This document shows, in pieces, positions 1 to 9,860 of a DNA stretch of 64,000 bases. The DNA comes from Acidimicrobiales bacterium (lineage in GTDB: Bacteria > Actinomycetota > Acidimicrobiia > Acidimicrobiales > RAAP-2), in NCBI GenBank assembly GCA_035510855.1, contig DATKGG010000069.1, forward strand, positions 9,788-73,787, read 5' to 3'. Below the pieces are notes generated by a model. The model searched no databases and was not told where the DNA came from. It saw nothing but the letters and a program-made list of their open reading frames with translations. Position numbers and translations under genes: made by a program. The first letter of the stretch is position 1. Every line of letters begins with the position of its first letter.

Positions 1-731
1 GTCACGAAGCCGAACACGTCCTCTTGGGTCACGAAGCTCGCCTCGACGTCGAGCTGGGTGAACTCGTACTGGCGATCGGCACGGAGGTCCTCGTCGCGCA
101 TGCAGCGCGCGATCTGGTAGTAGCGGTCGAAGCCCGCGACCATGAGCAGCTGCTTGGCGAGCTGGGGGCTCTGGGGAAGGACGAAGAAGGACCCCGGGAA
201 GTGCCTCGAGGGAATCACGAACTCGCGCGCGCCCTCTGGCGTGGGCGCCCAGAGCAACGGGGTCTCGACTTCGCAGAACCCCTGGCGGTCGAACGCCGCG
301 CGGATCGCCGCGTTGATCCGCGCGCGGAGTCGGAGGTTCTTCTGCATGCGGTCCTGGCGCAGGTCGAGGAAGCGCCACTTGAGGCGCACCTGCTCGTCGG
401 ACTCCACACGGCCGCCGATCGACAGCGGCGGCGTCTCGGCCGTCGCCAGCACCTCGACGACGCAGTCGGCGAGCTCGACCTCCCCGGTGCCGAGGTGCGG
501 GTTCACGGTGCCCTCGGGTCGCGCGGTGACCGTGCCGGTCACCCGCAGCACGAACTCGTTGCGCACATCGACGGCGCCGTCGATCACGCACTGGATGAGC
601 CCGGTGTGGTCGCGCAGGTCGACGAAGGCGAGGTGCTCGCCGTGCTCGCGGCGCTTCGCGACCCAGCCGCACACCGCCAGGCGCGTGCCGGCGTCGCTCG
701 CACGCAGCGTCCCGCAGTGCCGGTCGCGCAT
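1..731 (-). CDS. aspS: aspartate--tRNA ligase, N-terminal part (gene runs out of the window)
   Basis: The minus-strand frame is open to position 1, so it is absent from the ORF track. My translation is MRDRHCGTLRASDAGTRLAVCGWVAKRREHGEHLAFVDLRDHTG...FFVLPQSPQLAKQLLMVAGFDRYYQIARCMRDEDLRADRQYEFTQLDVEASF. This is the OB-fold domain plus the class-II motif-2 region typical of AspRS. ATG at 729-731. An in-frame GTG at 756-758 would overlap the hisS stop (GTGA). Confidence 0.9.
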   Translation of the reverse strand, partial: MRDRHCGTLRASDAGTRLAVCGWVAKRREHGEHLAFVDLRDHTGLIQCVIDGAVDVRNEFVLRVTGTVTARPEGTVNPHLGTGEVELADCVVEVLATAETPPLSIGGRVESDEQVRLKWRFLDLRQDRMQKNLRLRARINAAIRAAFDRQGFCEVETPLLWAPTPEGAREFVIPSRHFPGSFFVLPQSPQLAKQLLMVAGFDRYYQIARCMRDEDLRADRQYEFTQLDVEASFVTQEDVFGFV

Positions 732-754
732 CGCGGTCGACTCGCTCGGCGTGC

Positions 755-2056
755 TCACGTCCCGGGGGCCCGCACCGCGCCGTCGGCGGTCGCGCGCTCG
801 AGCACTGCGGCGAGCGGCTCGGTGGACTGGACGCCCGAGGCGAGGTCGCGCACGACGACGGTCGAGCTCTCGAGCTCGGCGTGCCCGATGATGAGTGCCA
901 GGGGCGCACCGGAGCGGTCGGCCTGCTTCAGCTGGGCGCGCATGGAGCGCGCGTCGTAGGCGCGCGCCGCGCGGATGCCGCTGCGGCGCAGCGCAAGGAC
1001 GAGGTCGCGCGCGACCTCGCCGCCGGTCACGTCGACGACGAAGACGTCGGGGTCGCGGGGAACCGCGGGGAGCACCCCCTCGGCGTCGCAGGCCAGCAGC
1101 AGGCGCTCGATGCCGCTGCCGAACCCGATGCCCGGCGTCGGCGGACCGCCCAGGGCCTCGGCGAGCAGGTCGTAGCGCCCGCCGCCGCCGATCGCGTCGC
1201 TCGCGGACTCGAGCGCGCTGCCCGTGAACTCGAACGTCGTGCGCGTGTAGTAGTCGAGCCCGCGAACGAGCCGTCCGTCGAGTGTCCAGGCGACCCCGGC
1301 GGCGTCGAGCCCGGCAGTGACGCGCTCGAGGTGCGCCTTGCACGGTGCGCAGAGCCGCTCGGAGAGCCTCGGTGCCCTGTCGGCGACGGCCCGGCACGAC
1401 TCGCGCTTGCAGTCGAGCACGCGCATCGGGTTGCGCGACCAGGTCGTCGCGTGCTCGTCGCACAGCTCGGTCTCGTGCTCGGCCAGGTACGAGCGGAGCT
1501 CCTCGAGGTAGGCGGGGCGGCACTCGAGGTCACCGAGCGAGTTGAGGCGCAGGGTGAAGTGGGTCAGCCCCAGGGCGCCGTAGAAGTCGTGGGCGAGCGA
1601 GATGACCTCGGCGTCGACGTCGGGGTCCTCGGTGCCGAGCACCTCGACACCCACCTGGTGGTGCTGGCGGTACCGTCCTGCCTGTGCCTGCTCGTAGCGG
1701 AACGCCGGCGTCACGTACCACACGCGCCACGGGACGACAGGGTGGTGCTGGACGAACGCGCGCACGATCGGGGCCGTGCCCTCGGGGCGCAGCGCCAGGC
1801 GCCGGCCGCTGCGGTCCTCGAACTCGTACATCTCCTTGTTGACGATCTCAGAGGCGTCGCCGATGCCGCGGCGGAAGACGCGCGCGTCCTCGAACGCCGG
1901 GGTGTGCGCGAGGCCGAACCCGTGTCGGGTGGCCAGCTGGGCGAACGTCGCGATGAGCGCCTCCCAGCGGGCTGACTCGGGCGGGAGCACGTCGTGGGTC
2001 CCCTTCGGGCTGCGCGGCGCCTCGTCCCCTGGGTCGCGACCCGACCCGTCGATCAC
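755..2056 (-). CDS. hisS: histidine--tRNA ligase
   Basis: ORF 755..2461 trimmed to GTG 2054-2056, which overlaps the rel stop (GTGA). KGTHDVLPPE, RLALRPEGTAPIVRAF, AFRYEQAQAGRYRQHHQVG and GGGRYDLL are class-II HisRS motifs. Confidence 0.9.
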   Translation of the reverse strand: MIDGSGRDPGDEAPRSPKGTHDVLPPESARWEALIATFAQLATRHGFGLAHTPAFEDARVFRRGIGDASEIVNKEMYEFEDRSGRRLALRPEGTAPIVRAFVQHHPVVPWRVWYVTPAFRYEQAQAGRYRQHHQVGVEVLGTEDPDVDAEVISLAHDFYGALGLTHFTLRLNSLGDLECRPAYLEELRSYLAEHETELCDEHATTWSRNPMRVLDCKRESCRAVADRAPRLSERLCAPCKAHLERVTAGLDAAGVAWTLDGRLVRGLDYYTRTTFEFTGSALESASDAIGGGGRYDLLAEALGGPPTPGIGFGSGIERLLLACDAEGVLPAVPRDPDVFVVDVTGGEVARDLVLALRRSGIRAARAYDARSMRAQLKQADRSGAPLALIIGHAELESSTVVVRDLASGVQSTEPLAAVLERATADGAVRAPGT

Positions 2057-4272
2057 TTGCCGCGACCGGGCAGCTGGCGGAACGCGTCGTACACGCCGTC
2101 GACGTGCTTCAGCTGCGTGAGCACGCTGGCGAGATGCGACGGGTCGGCGAGCTCGACCTCGAAGGTCATCTTGACCACGCGATCCGGCGTGGTCGTCGAG
2201 TGCGACGCGACGATGTTGAGGTGGCTCTCGGCCATCACGGCGCTCACGTCGGCGAGCAGTCGCGATCGGTCGAACGCCTGGACGTCGAGGGTCACTCGGA
2301 ATGCCGAGGTGCTCGAGGCGTCCCACTCGACCTCGACCACGCGCTGGCGTGACTCCGAGGCGAGCGCCGTCGCGTTCGAGCAGTCCGTGCGGTGCACCGA
2401 CACCCCCCTGCCCTGGGTGACGAAGCCCATGATCTGGTCCCCCGGCACCGGTGAGCAGCACTTTGCGAGAAGCACCATCACGTCGTCGAGGCCCTCGACG
2501 TAGATGCCGGCGTTGCGCCTCGTGCCGGTGCCCAGCCGCGGGCCCCTCGCGACGGTCGTCGGGAGCGTCTCGTCGTCACCGCCGCGCAGCTCGCGCTGGA
2601 GGCGCTGGACGACGGACTGCGAGGAGATCTGGCTCTCCCCGAAGGCTGCCAGCAGCGCGTCGAGGTCGGCCAGGTTGAGCTGGGCGCAGACAGTGAGCAG
2701 CGCGGCAGACGACATCGACGTCTGGATGGGCAGGCTCGCGCGGCGCAGCGCGCGCGTGAGCTCGTCGCGCCCCGCCTCGATCGAGTCCTCGCGTCGCTCG
2801 CGCGAGAACCACTGGCGGATCTTGGCCTTGGCCCTGGTCGACTGCACGAAGCTCGACCAGTCGCGCGACGGGCCCGCGGTCTCGGCCCTGGACGTGACCA
2901 CCTCGACCACGTCGGCGGAGTTGAGCTTGGTGTCGAGCGGGACGAGCCGCCCGTTCACCTTCGCACCCACGCAGTGGTGACCGACCTCGGTGTGCACCGC
3001 GTAGGCGAAGTCGACCGGCGTCGCTCCCGCCACGAGCGCGATCACGCGCCCCTTCGGGGTGAAGACGTAGACCTCGTCCTGCTCGAGGTCGAGCTTCAGC
3101 GCCTCGAGGAAGTCGATCGCGTCGGTCGACTCCTGCTCGGTGTCGGTGAGCCGACGCATCCAATCGAGCTCCGACGGCGTCGAGTGCTCCTTGTAGCCCC
3201 AGTGCGCCGCGATGCCGTACTCGGCACGCCGGTGCATCTCTTGGGTCCGGATCTGGACCTCGATCGGCTTGCCGTGAGGGCCGATCACCGTCGTGTGGAG
3301 CGACTGGTAGAGGTTGAACTTGGGCTGGTTGATGTAGTCCTTGAACCGTCCCTGGACGGGGTGCCACAGCGCGTGCAGCGTGCCGAGCACCGCCCAGCAG
3401 TCGTGCTCGTCGGCGACGATCGCACGGAGCCCGACGAGGTCGAAGATGTCGTCGAACTCCTTGCCGTTGACCACCATCTTTTCGTAGATGCTCCAGAGGT
3501 GCTTCGGGCGGCCCATCAGCTCGGCGTCGATGTGCTGGCCCTCGAGCTTGTCGCGCAAGGTCGCGCTCACGTCGCTCACGTACAGCTCGCGCTCGGGCGT
3601 CCTCGTCGCGGCCATCTGCTCGATCTCGGCGTAGCGCTTCGGCTGCAGGGTCGCGAACGCGAGGTCCTCCAGCTGCCAGCGGACCTGCTGGACGCCCAGG
3701 CGGTGCGCGAGCGGCGCGTAGACGTCGAGGGTCTCCTGGGCCGTCATGCGCTGAGAGACCTCGGGCATGACCGCGATCGTGCGCATGTTGTGGAGCCGGT
3801 CGGCGAGCTTGATGAGCAGCACACGCCAGTCCGAGGCCATGGCCAAGAACATCTTGCGGATGGTGGCCGCCTGCTGGGCCTCCTTCGAGTCGAACTCGAG
3901 GCGGTCGAGCTTGGTCACGCCGTCGACCACCCGGGCGACGACCTCGCCGAACTGGGCACGGACGTGCGCGAGGCTCATGCCCGTGTCCTCGACGGCGTCG
4001 TGCAGGAGCGCGGCGGCGACCGTGGCCGCGTCCAGACCGAGCTCGGCGACGGTCTGGGCGACCGCGACGGGGTGGGTCACGTAGTCCTCGCCCGAGCGGC
4101 GGACCTGGCCCCGGTGGGCGAGCTCGGCCGCCCTGGCCGCCTCGACGATCGTGGTGTCGTCCTCGCCGGGCCGCAGCGCGGCGAAGGACTCGAGGATGGG
4201 CGCGAGCAGCTCTTCGAGGGCAGGGTCCGCCGACGGGCGCGACCGGCTGGTCGTGACGACGCTCGCCATCAC
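2053..4272 (-). CDS. relA: bifunctional (p)ppGpp synthetase/hydrolase (RelA/SpoT family)
   Basis: 739 aa. HD hydrolase region (AHRGQVRRSGEDYVTHPVAV, LLHDAVEDT). Synthetase region (FKDYINQPKFNLYQSLHTTV, EVQIRTQEMH). TGS (VYVFTPKG...GATPVDFAY) and a C-terminal ACT-like domain. Confidence 0.95.
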   Translation of the reverse strand: MMASVVTTSRSRPSADPALEELLAPILESFAALRPGEDDTTIVEAARAAELAHRGQVRRSGEDYVTHPVAVAQTVAELGLDAATVAAALLHDAVEDTGMSLAHVRAQFGEVVARVVDGVTKLDRLEFDSKEAQQAATIRKMFLAMASDWRVLLIKLADRLHNMRTIAVMPEVSQRMTAQETLDVYAPLAHRLGVQQVRWQLEDLAFATLQPKRYAEIEQMAATRTPERELYVSDVSATLRDKLEGQHIDAELMGRPKHLWSIYEKMVVNGKEFDDIFDLVGLRAIVADEHDCWAVLGTLHALWHPVQGRFKDYINQPKFNLYQSLHTTVIGPHGKPIEVQIRTQEMHRRAEYGIAAHWGYKEHSTPSELDWMRRLTDTEQESTDAIDFLEALKLDLEQDEVYVFTPKGRVIALVAGATPVDFAYAVHTEVGHHCVGAKVNGRLVPLDTKLNSADVVEVVTSRAETAGPSRDWSSFVQSTRAKAKIRQWFSRERREDSIEAGRDELTRALRRASLPIQTSMSSAALLTVCAQLNLADLDALLAAFGESQISSQSVVQRLQRELRGGDDETLPTTVARGPRLGTGTRRNAGIYVEGLDDVMVLLAKCCSPVPGDQIMGFVTQGRGVSVHRTDCSNATALASESRQRVVEVEWDASSTSAFRVTLDVQAFDRSRLLADVSAVMAESHLNIVASHSTTTPDRVVKMTFEVELADPSHLASVLTQLKHVDGVYDAFRQLPGRGK

Positions 4273-4291
4273 CCCAGCCTACTGAGCGGGT

Positions 4292-5596
4292 TCAGCGCTT
4301 CTTCTGTTTTCGGGCCCTCGGCGCGATGACGGGCGCGCTCTGCGGGGTGACCGTTGACGCACCCTGCGCGGGTCGCGACTCAGGGCTCGGACGTGTGCCC
4401 GGCCGCCCGGTCGGCCGCCCGGTTGGCCGCATCGCGCCGCCTGTCCTCGCAGCTGGCGCGGACAGGGAGAACGTCGCGGCGTCCTGCGCGCTGAACGAGA
4501 TGCTGCGCTCTCCCTTGGAGACAAGGCGCTTGCGGATCGCGACGTACTTCGCCTCGCGCTCCTTGAGGATCGCGAGCAGCGGTGAGGCGATGAAGATCGA
4601 CGAGTACGCACCCGAGAGGAGCCCGACGGTGAGCGCCACGCCGTAGTTCTGGAGCGTCGTCGCCCCGAGCAGCTCGGCGCCGACGAGCAGGACCGAGAGG
4701 ACCGGCAGGATCGCCACCATGGACGTGTTGATCGACCTCGCGAGGGTCTGGTTCATCGAGAGGTTGACCATTGTCGAGTAGGTCATCCGTCCCGCCGCGG
4801 CGAAGGGCTTCGTGTTGTCCCTGACGCGGTCGAAGACGACGACGGTGTCGTAGAGCGAGTATCCGAGGATGGTCAGGATCGCGATCACGGTGTCGGGGGT
4901 GACCTGGAACCCGAAGATCGCGTAGATGCCGACCGTGACGGCGAGGTCGTGGAGCATGGCGATGAACGCTGCGAGCGCCATCTTCGGCTCGAAGCGGACC
5001 GAGATGTAGGCGACCACCGCAACGAAGAACGCGATCAGGGCCTGGATCGCCTTCGTGGTGATCTCGCCGCCCCAGGTCGGGCCGACGAACGAGGTCGACA
5101 CCTTGTTCTGGTCCGTCACGTGCGCGAGCTTCGCGAGCGCGCTGATCACCTCCTTGGTGATCTTCGCCTGCTGTGTGTGCGAGAGCCCGTTGAGGTCGGC
5201 CTGGACCTGGAGCGTCTGGCCACCGAGGATCTCGACGATTGGCTGGCTGAGGTAGGGCGAGACGGCGTTGACGGCTTGCTGCTGGCTCACGTTTGGCGCG
5301 AGCACGGTCCAGGTCGAGCCGCCCTTGAAGTCAATCCCGAGATTGAGGCCCTTGACCCCCAGGGCGGTCATGCCGATGATGATGATCAGCCCGGAGATCG
5401 CGAACCAGGTCCTGCGTCGGCCGACGAAGTCGAAGTTCGTGAGTCCCCGGTACAGCCTTCGAAAGGGCCCGAGCTTCGCGCGCTCGCGCACCTCGGCCGG
5501 CGACGGCGGCGCGAGGTCGGCCGCAATCTCGGCCTCGACCTCGTCTTGTTCGGGTTGGGCCCCCGGTGCGTTTGCTGGATCCTCGACGTCGGTCAC
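4292..5596 (-). CDS. secF: protein translocase subunit SecF
   Basis: ORF 4292..5836 trimmed to GTG 5594-5596, overlapping the secD stop. FDFVGRRRTWFAISGLIII, GIDFKGGSTW and a six-helix SecF core. It has an acidic N-tail and a Pro/Arg-rich C-tail. Confidence 0.9.
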   Translation of the reverse strand: MTDVEDPANAPGAQPEQDEVEAEIAADLAPPSPAEVRERAKLGPFRRLYRGLTNFDFVGRRRTWFAISGLIIIIGMTALGVKGLNLGIDFKGGSTWTVLAPNVSQQQAVNAVSPYLSQPIVEILGGQTLQVQADLNGLSHTQQAKITKEVISALAKLAHVTDQNKVSTSFVGPTWGGEITTKAIQALIAFFVAVVAYISVRFEPKMALAAFIAMLHDLAVTVGIYAIFGFQVTPDTVIAILTILGYSLYDTVVVFDRVRDNTKPFAAAGRMTYSTMVNLSMNQTLARSINTSMVAILPVLSVLLVGAELLGATTLQNYGVALTVGLLSGAYSSIFIASPLLAILKEREAKYVAIRKRLVSKGERSISFSAQDAATFSLSAPAARTGGAMRPTGRPTGRPGTRPSPESRPAQGASTVTPQSAPVIAPRARKQKKR

Positions 5597-7170
5597 GCCG
5601 GCACTCCCCTGGCGCCGAGTCCACTCGCCACCCCGATGCGGCGCATCGAGGTGAGGCGCTCGTTGCGGGCGAGGAGGTAGACCGCAGGGCGCGTGAAGAA
5701 CCACGTGACGATGACGTCGAGCAGCGTTGAGAGCCCGAGGAAGAACGCGAACCCGCGAACCGAGCCTACGGCGAGGAAGAACAGCAGCACCGCGGCGAGC
5801 AGCGACACGGTGTCGGCCGCAAGGACCGTGCGCCACGCCGAGGCGAAGCCTCGGTCCAGTGAAGTGCGCACGGTTCTGCCCGAGCGAGCCTCGTCCTTCA
5901 GCCGCTCGAAGTAGACGATGTAGCTGTCGGTCGTGATGCCGATGGAGACAATGAGGCCCGTGACGCCCGCGAGATCGAAGCTCGGCGCGACCGAGGTCCG
6001 GCCGAGTGCAGAGATCAGCGCCCAGAGGATGGCGGCCGTCACGGCGAGCCCCGTGAGCACGACTGCGCCCAAGAGCCGGTAGTAGAAGAGCACGTAGAGG
6101 AGCACGAGGGCCAGTCCGGCGAGCCCCGCGCCGAGGCCAGCGACCAGCGCGGCGTGCCCGAGCGTCGGGGACACGGACTCTGAGGTCAGCACCTGGAGTG
6201 GCACCGGCAGCGAGCCGTAGGTGAGGTCCGCGGCGAGCAGGTTCGCCTGGGACTGGCTGAGCGAGCCCGAAACTTCGACGGAGCCGTTGAAGGACGTCCA
6301 GACGCTCTGCGTCGGCTGGATGATCGGCGCGGAAATGACCTGTCCGTCAAGCTCGATCGCCATGTACTCGTGGAAGTACTGCTTGGTGGCCGCGTCCCAC
6401 TGCTTGGACCCCGTCGACGTCAGGTTGCAGTCGACGACCCAGTTACCAAGCTGGTCCTGTGTCGCGCTCGCGTTCGCGACCTCATTGCCACGCATGACCG
6501 CGGGGAACAGCACGTAGCGCGCGTACTGGCTCGAACTCGGATCGAAGGCGCTCTCGACAACGGACTTCGAGGGCACCTGGGGCAGCGCGTCTTGGTCCGA
6601 GGTGATCGACGGAACGTTGAGGAACTTCGCGTCAGGGCCGATGTTGCTCGCCACGTAGCCGGCTGCCGTGCTGGGCTCTGGGGTGACTTGGTAGCTCGGA
6701 TTGCGGAGGGTGAGCTGGTTGGCAGGCGTGCAGAACGGGATGTTGAGCGCGCTCACCGGCTTCTTGTTGGCAGGCTTCACGTAGGCAGGTGCGCCGCACT
6801 CGACGGGCCGGAAGAGCAGCTGCGCGGTCGAGGAGATGATCTTGAGGAGCGCGCGGGCATTCTTCACCCCGGGCACCTGCACGATGATCTGGCTGCCTTG
6901 GATCTGCACGGTCGCGCCCGAGACGCCGATGCCCTGCACGCGCTCGCGGATGATCGTCTCTGAGACGGAGAGCTGGGCCGCCGAGATCGTGCGTCCCTTC
7001 GCGGGGGTCAAGACGACCTCGGCACCGCCCGCGAGGTCCAAGCCGAGCTTGGGCGACCAGCCCGCAGAGAGCGTCGCGAAGAGCGAGCCGAAGGAGATGG
7101 CGAGCATCACGAAGAGGCTGATCATGAGTCCGCGCTTGCGGCGCGCAGAGCTGGCCGAAGCGGCGCTCAC
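5593..7170 (-). CDS. secD: protein translocase subunit SecD
   Basis: 525 aa. GTG start overlapping the yajC stop (GTGA). N-terminal TM helix, LGLDLAGGAEVVL, a large periplasmic domain and a C-terminal six-helix SecD/SecF membrane domain. Confidence 0.92.
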   Translation of the reverse strand: MSAASASSARRKRGLMISLFVMLAISFGSLFATLSAGWSPKLGLDLAGGAEVVLTPAKGRTISAAQLSVSETIIRERVQGIGVSGATVQIQGSQIIVQVPGVKNARALLKIISSTAQLLFRPVECGAPAYVKPANKKPVSALNIPFCTPANQLTLRNPSYQVTPEPSTAAGYVASNIGPDAKFLNVPSITSDQDALPQVPSKSVVESAFDPSSSQYARYVLFPAVMRGNEVANASATQDQLGNWVVDCNLTSTGSKQWDAATKQYFHEYMAIELDGQVISAPIIQPTQSVWTSFNGSVEVSGSLSQSQANLLAADLTYGSLPVPLQVLTSESVSPTLGHAALVAGLGAGLAGLALVLLYVLFYYRLLGAVVLTGLAVTAAILWALISALGRTSVAPSFDLAGVTGLIVSIGITTDSYIVYFERLKDEARSGRTVRTSLDRGFASAWRTVLAADTVSLLAAVLLFFLAVGSVRGFAFFLGLSTLLDVIVTWFFTRPAVYLLARNERLTSMRRIGVASGLGARGVPA

Positions 7171-7622
7171 GAGCCGTCCGGCTCTTTGCCCTGGGTCTCG
7201 TCAGTCCCAGTGGGCGTCGGGGATCCCTCCGTCCCGTCGAAGCCGGGCGGAGGCCCCTCGAACTGCGCGGCGTCGGGGTCGGAGACCTCGGTCGGCGTCT
7301 CCGGTGCGGTCAGCTTCTTGCCGATCGCCTGGCGCAGGAAGACAAGCTCGGTCCCGTTGCCGGTCGAGACCGTGACGCGATCGCCCTCCTCGGCGACGAT
7401 CGTGCCCACGAGCCCGCCGATCGTCGCGATCTCGTCGCCGACGTTGGCGGTCTTGACCTGCTCGCGGCTCTGGCGCTGCCGTTGGCTCCTCGGACGGATG
7501 ATGAGGAAGTAGAAGAGTGCGAAGAGGCCGATGATGATCGGCAGCAGGTACGGATTACTCGACTTCGAACTGGTCTTGGTCGTGGCCGCGAAAAGGACGT
7601 GTGCGGCCAGCAAGTGCGACAA
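7167..7622 (-). CDS. yajC: preprotein translocase subunit YajC
   Basis: TTG start preceded by GGGAGG. LLPIIIGLFALFYFLIIRPRSQRQRQ and VGDEIATIGGLVGTIV match the YajC signature. Lies directly upstream of secDF. Confidence 0.85.
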   Translation of the reverse strand: MSHLLAAHVLFAATTKTSSKSSNPYLLPIIIGLFALFYFLIIRPRSQRQRQSREQVKTANVGDEIATIGGLVGTIVAEEGDRVTVSTGNGTELVFLRQAIGKKLTAPETPTEVSDPDAAQFEGPPPGFDGTEGSPTPTGTDETQGKEPDGS

Positions 7623-7686
7623 GGTGTGCCTCCCGAATTGACCCTGAGCACCCTAGCCGAGGGCTGCCGCGAGGCTCATTGCAGGA

Positions 7687-8742
7687 CTACAGGAGCCGGC
7701 CGTTCCCCCTCGGCACACCGAGGTGCTCGAACGCTCGCTCCGTCGCGACGCGGCCGCGTGGCGTGCGGTGCAGCAGACCCTGTCGGATGAGGTAGGGCTC
7801 GTAGGCCTCCTCGATCGTCTCGGTCTCCTCGCCGACGGCGTGCGCGAGCGTCGTGAGCCCGACGGGGTTGCCGTCGAAGCGGACCGCGAGCGTGTGCAGG
7901 ATCGCGAGGTCGAGCTTGTCGAGCCCGAGTGCGTCGACGCCGAACAGCGCGAGACCCGCTGCAGCCACGTCGCGCGTGACCTCGCTGTGCTCGCGGACCT
8001 CGGCGAAGTCCCGGACGCGGCGCAGGAGCCGGTTCGCGATACGAGGCGTGCCGCGGCTCCGCGTCGCGATCTCCTCGGCGCCGCCCGGGGTGATCGGGAT
8101 GCCAAGCAGCCGTGCGGACCTCGCCACGATCCGCTCGAGGTCGCTCGAGTCATACAGGCCGAGCCGTCCAACGAACCCGAAGCGGTCGCGCAGCGGGCCG
8201 GCGACGAGCCCCGTCCGCGTCGTCGCACCGACGAGCGTGAACCGCGGTAGGTCGAGTCGGAGCGAGCGCGCCGTCGGACCCTTGCCGAGCATGACGTCGA
8301 GCTGGCCCTCTTCCATCGCCGGATAGAGGACCTCTTCGACGACCCTCGCGAGCCGGTGGATCTCGTCGATGAACAGCACGTCGCCCTCTTGGAGGTCGGT
8401 CAGGGTCGCGGCGAGGTCGCCCGCTCGGGCGAGCACGGGACCCGACGTGATGCGCAGCCCCACGCCCATCTCTTGGGCGACGATGCTTGCGAGTGTGGTC
8501 TTGCCGAGCCCCGGCGGCCCGGCGAACAAGATGTGATCGACGGGGTGCGAGCGCCGCCGGGCCGCTTCGAGCACGATGGAGAGGTGCTCGACCAGGTCGG
8601 GCTGCCCGACGAACTCCGCGAGCGTCCGCGGCCGTAGGCCAGACTCGTCGGCCTCGTCGTGCGGCACGAGAGCGGGATCGACGTCGCGATCGGCCGCGGC
8701 GGCGTCCCCCACGTCCAAGAGCTCCTTGCGAGCGGCGCTCAT
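7687..8742 (-). CDS. ruvB: Holliday junction branch migration helicase RuvB
   Basis: ORF 7687..8988 trimmed to ATG 8740-8742 (ATGA overlap with the ruvA stop). [12 protein letters not shown], Walker [10 protein letters not shown], Walker B FIDEIHRL and the RuvB C-terminal winged helix. Confidence 0.95.
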   Translation of the reverse strand: MSAARKELLDVGDAAAADRDVDPALVPHDEADESGLRPRTLAEFVGQPDLVEHLSIVLEAARRRSHPVDHILFAGPPGLGKTTLASIVAQEMGVGLRITSGPVLARAGDLAATLTDLQEGDVLFIDEIHRLARVVEEVLYPAMEEGQLDVMLGKGPTARSLRLDLPRFTLVGATTRTGLVAGPLRDRFGFVGRLGLYDSSDLERIVARSARLLGIPITPGGAEEIATRSRGTPRIANRLLRRVRDFAEVREHSEVTRDVAAAGLALFGVDALGLDKLDLAILHTLAVRFDGNPVGLTTLAHAVGEETETIEEAYEPYLIRQGLLHRTPRGRVATERAFEHLGVPRGNGRLL

Positions 8743-9317
8743 CGTCTCGACAGGACGCGCAGCGCCTGGCGCAGCGCGTCCTCGACGTTCGCGGTCTCGT
8801 CCAGCTGGTCGATGGCTCGCCGCACCTCCTCGCTCGTGTAGCCGAGCTCGCCCAGCGCACCGCGGACCTCGGCGCTGACCGACGGTGTCGCGTCCTGCGC
8901 AACGGTCGCGGACTCGGGCACGAGTCGCCCGCGCAGCTCGAGCAAGAGCCGCGCTGCAGTCTTCCGGCCGACCCCGGGGACCGCGCACAGCGCGTCGAGG
9001 TCGTCGGACGCGAGCGCGCGGGCGAGGGCCTCTGGTCCGAGCGCGCCCATGATCGACTGGGCGAGCGTCGGGCCTACGCCGGGTGCGGCAAGCAGGGCCT
9101 CGAAGCAGTCACGCTCCCGCGCGGTCAAGAACCCGTAGAGCACGATCGCGTCCTCGCGCACGTGGGTGTGGACCGCGAGCTCGACCTCGCCGCTCGCGGT
9201 CGGCGACGTCGCGGCCGGGCCGGTCAATGCGACGCGGTAGCCGACGCCATTCACGTCCACGATCGAGGTGCCGTCGGCAAGCCGTGCGGTCAGCTGGCCG
9301 CGCAGCGAGCCGATCAC
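8739..9317 (-). CDS. ruvA: Holliday junction DNA-binding protein RuvA
   Basis: Trimmed to GTG 9315-9317 (GTGA overlap with the ruvC stop). VIGSLRGQL start, VNGVGYRV and HhH motifs APGVGPTLA / [16 protein letters not shown]. Confidence 0.9.
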   Translation of the reverse strand: MIGSLRGQLTARLADGTSIVDVNGVGYRVALTGPAATSPTASGEVELAVHTHVREDAIVLYGFLTARERDCFEALLAAPGVGPTLAQSIMGALGPEALARALASDDLDALCAVPGVGRKTAARLLLELRGRLVPESATVAQDATPSVSAEVRGALGELGYTSEEVRRAIDQLDETANVEDALRQALRVLSRR

Positions 9318-9820
9318 GAGGGCAGCTCGGCGAGGCGGACGGCTCGGCGCATCGAGGCACCCACGAGGTGGCACATCGCGAGCGCCAGGGCGTCGGCGGC
9401 GTCCGGCGGCGGGGTCGTGGTGAGCCCGAGCTGGCGGGTCACCATCGCCTGGACCTGGGACTTGGTGGCCGAGCCGTAGCCGACGACGGCCAGCTTCACC
9501 TCATTCGAGGTGTACTGGGCCACCTCGCAGCCGTGCGTCGCGGCGCACGACAGCGCGACGCCGCTCGCCTGGGCGACGCCGATCGCGGTCTTCGCGTTGG
9601 TCTGGAAGAACACGCGCTCGACGACGACGACGGCGGGGTCGTACTGGGCGAGCAGCTCGCGCATTGACTGGGCGAGCTCGCTGAGCCGGCGATCGACCGA
9701 CGCGGCGGGGTCGGTCTCGATCGTGCCGGCCGCGCTCGCCGTGAACGTGCCGGCCGCGTCGCGGGCGAGAAGGCCGTACCCGCACCGCGTGAGCCCGGGA
9801 TCGATCCCGAGTACGAACAT
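9314..9820 (-). CDS. ruvC: crossover junction endodeoxyribonuclease RuvC
   Basis: Trimmed to ATG 9818-9820. MFVLGIDPGLTRCGYGLL RNase-H-like N-terminus. ruvCAB order conserved. Confidence 0.9.
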   Translation of the reverse strand: MFVLGIDPGLTRCGYGLLARDAAGTFTASAAGTIETDPAASVDRRLSELAQSMRELLAQYDPAVVVVERVFFQTNAKTAIGVAQASGVALSCAATHGCEVAQYTSNEVKLAVVGYGSATKSQVQAMVTRQLGLTTTPPPDAADALALAMCHLVGASMRRAVRLAELPS

Positions 9821-9860
9821 GTGTTCGACTGTAGTGGACCGGCCGGTCCCGGCCCGCGAC

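Noticed and set aside
4273-4291. No apt gene between secF and rel. It is present at this position in mycobacteria as I remember the region.
   Set aside because: The gap is only 19 bp with no remnant. This is most simply lineage-specific gene order, not a deletion scar or anything functional.
2974-4329. 451-aa plus-strand ORF.
   Set aside because: It is exactly antisense to the strongly supported rel gene. The composition is Asp/Arg/Val/Leu-rich (reverse-codon type) and no motifs are present.
4402-4427. Tandem 12-nt repeat inside secF encoding PTGRPTGRP.
   Set aside because: There are only two units, in a low-complexity Pro/Arg tail of a housekeeping gene. I see no reason to think it is more than local duplication.
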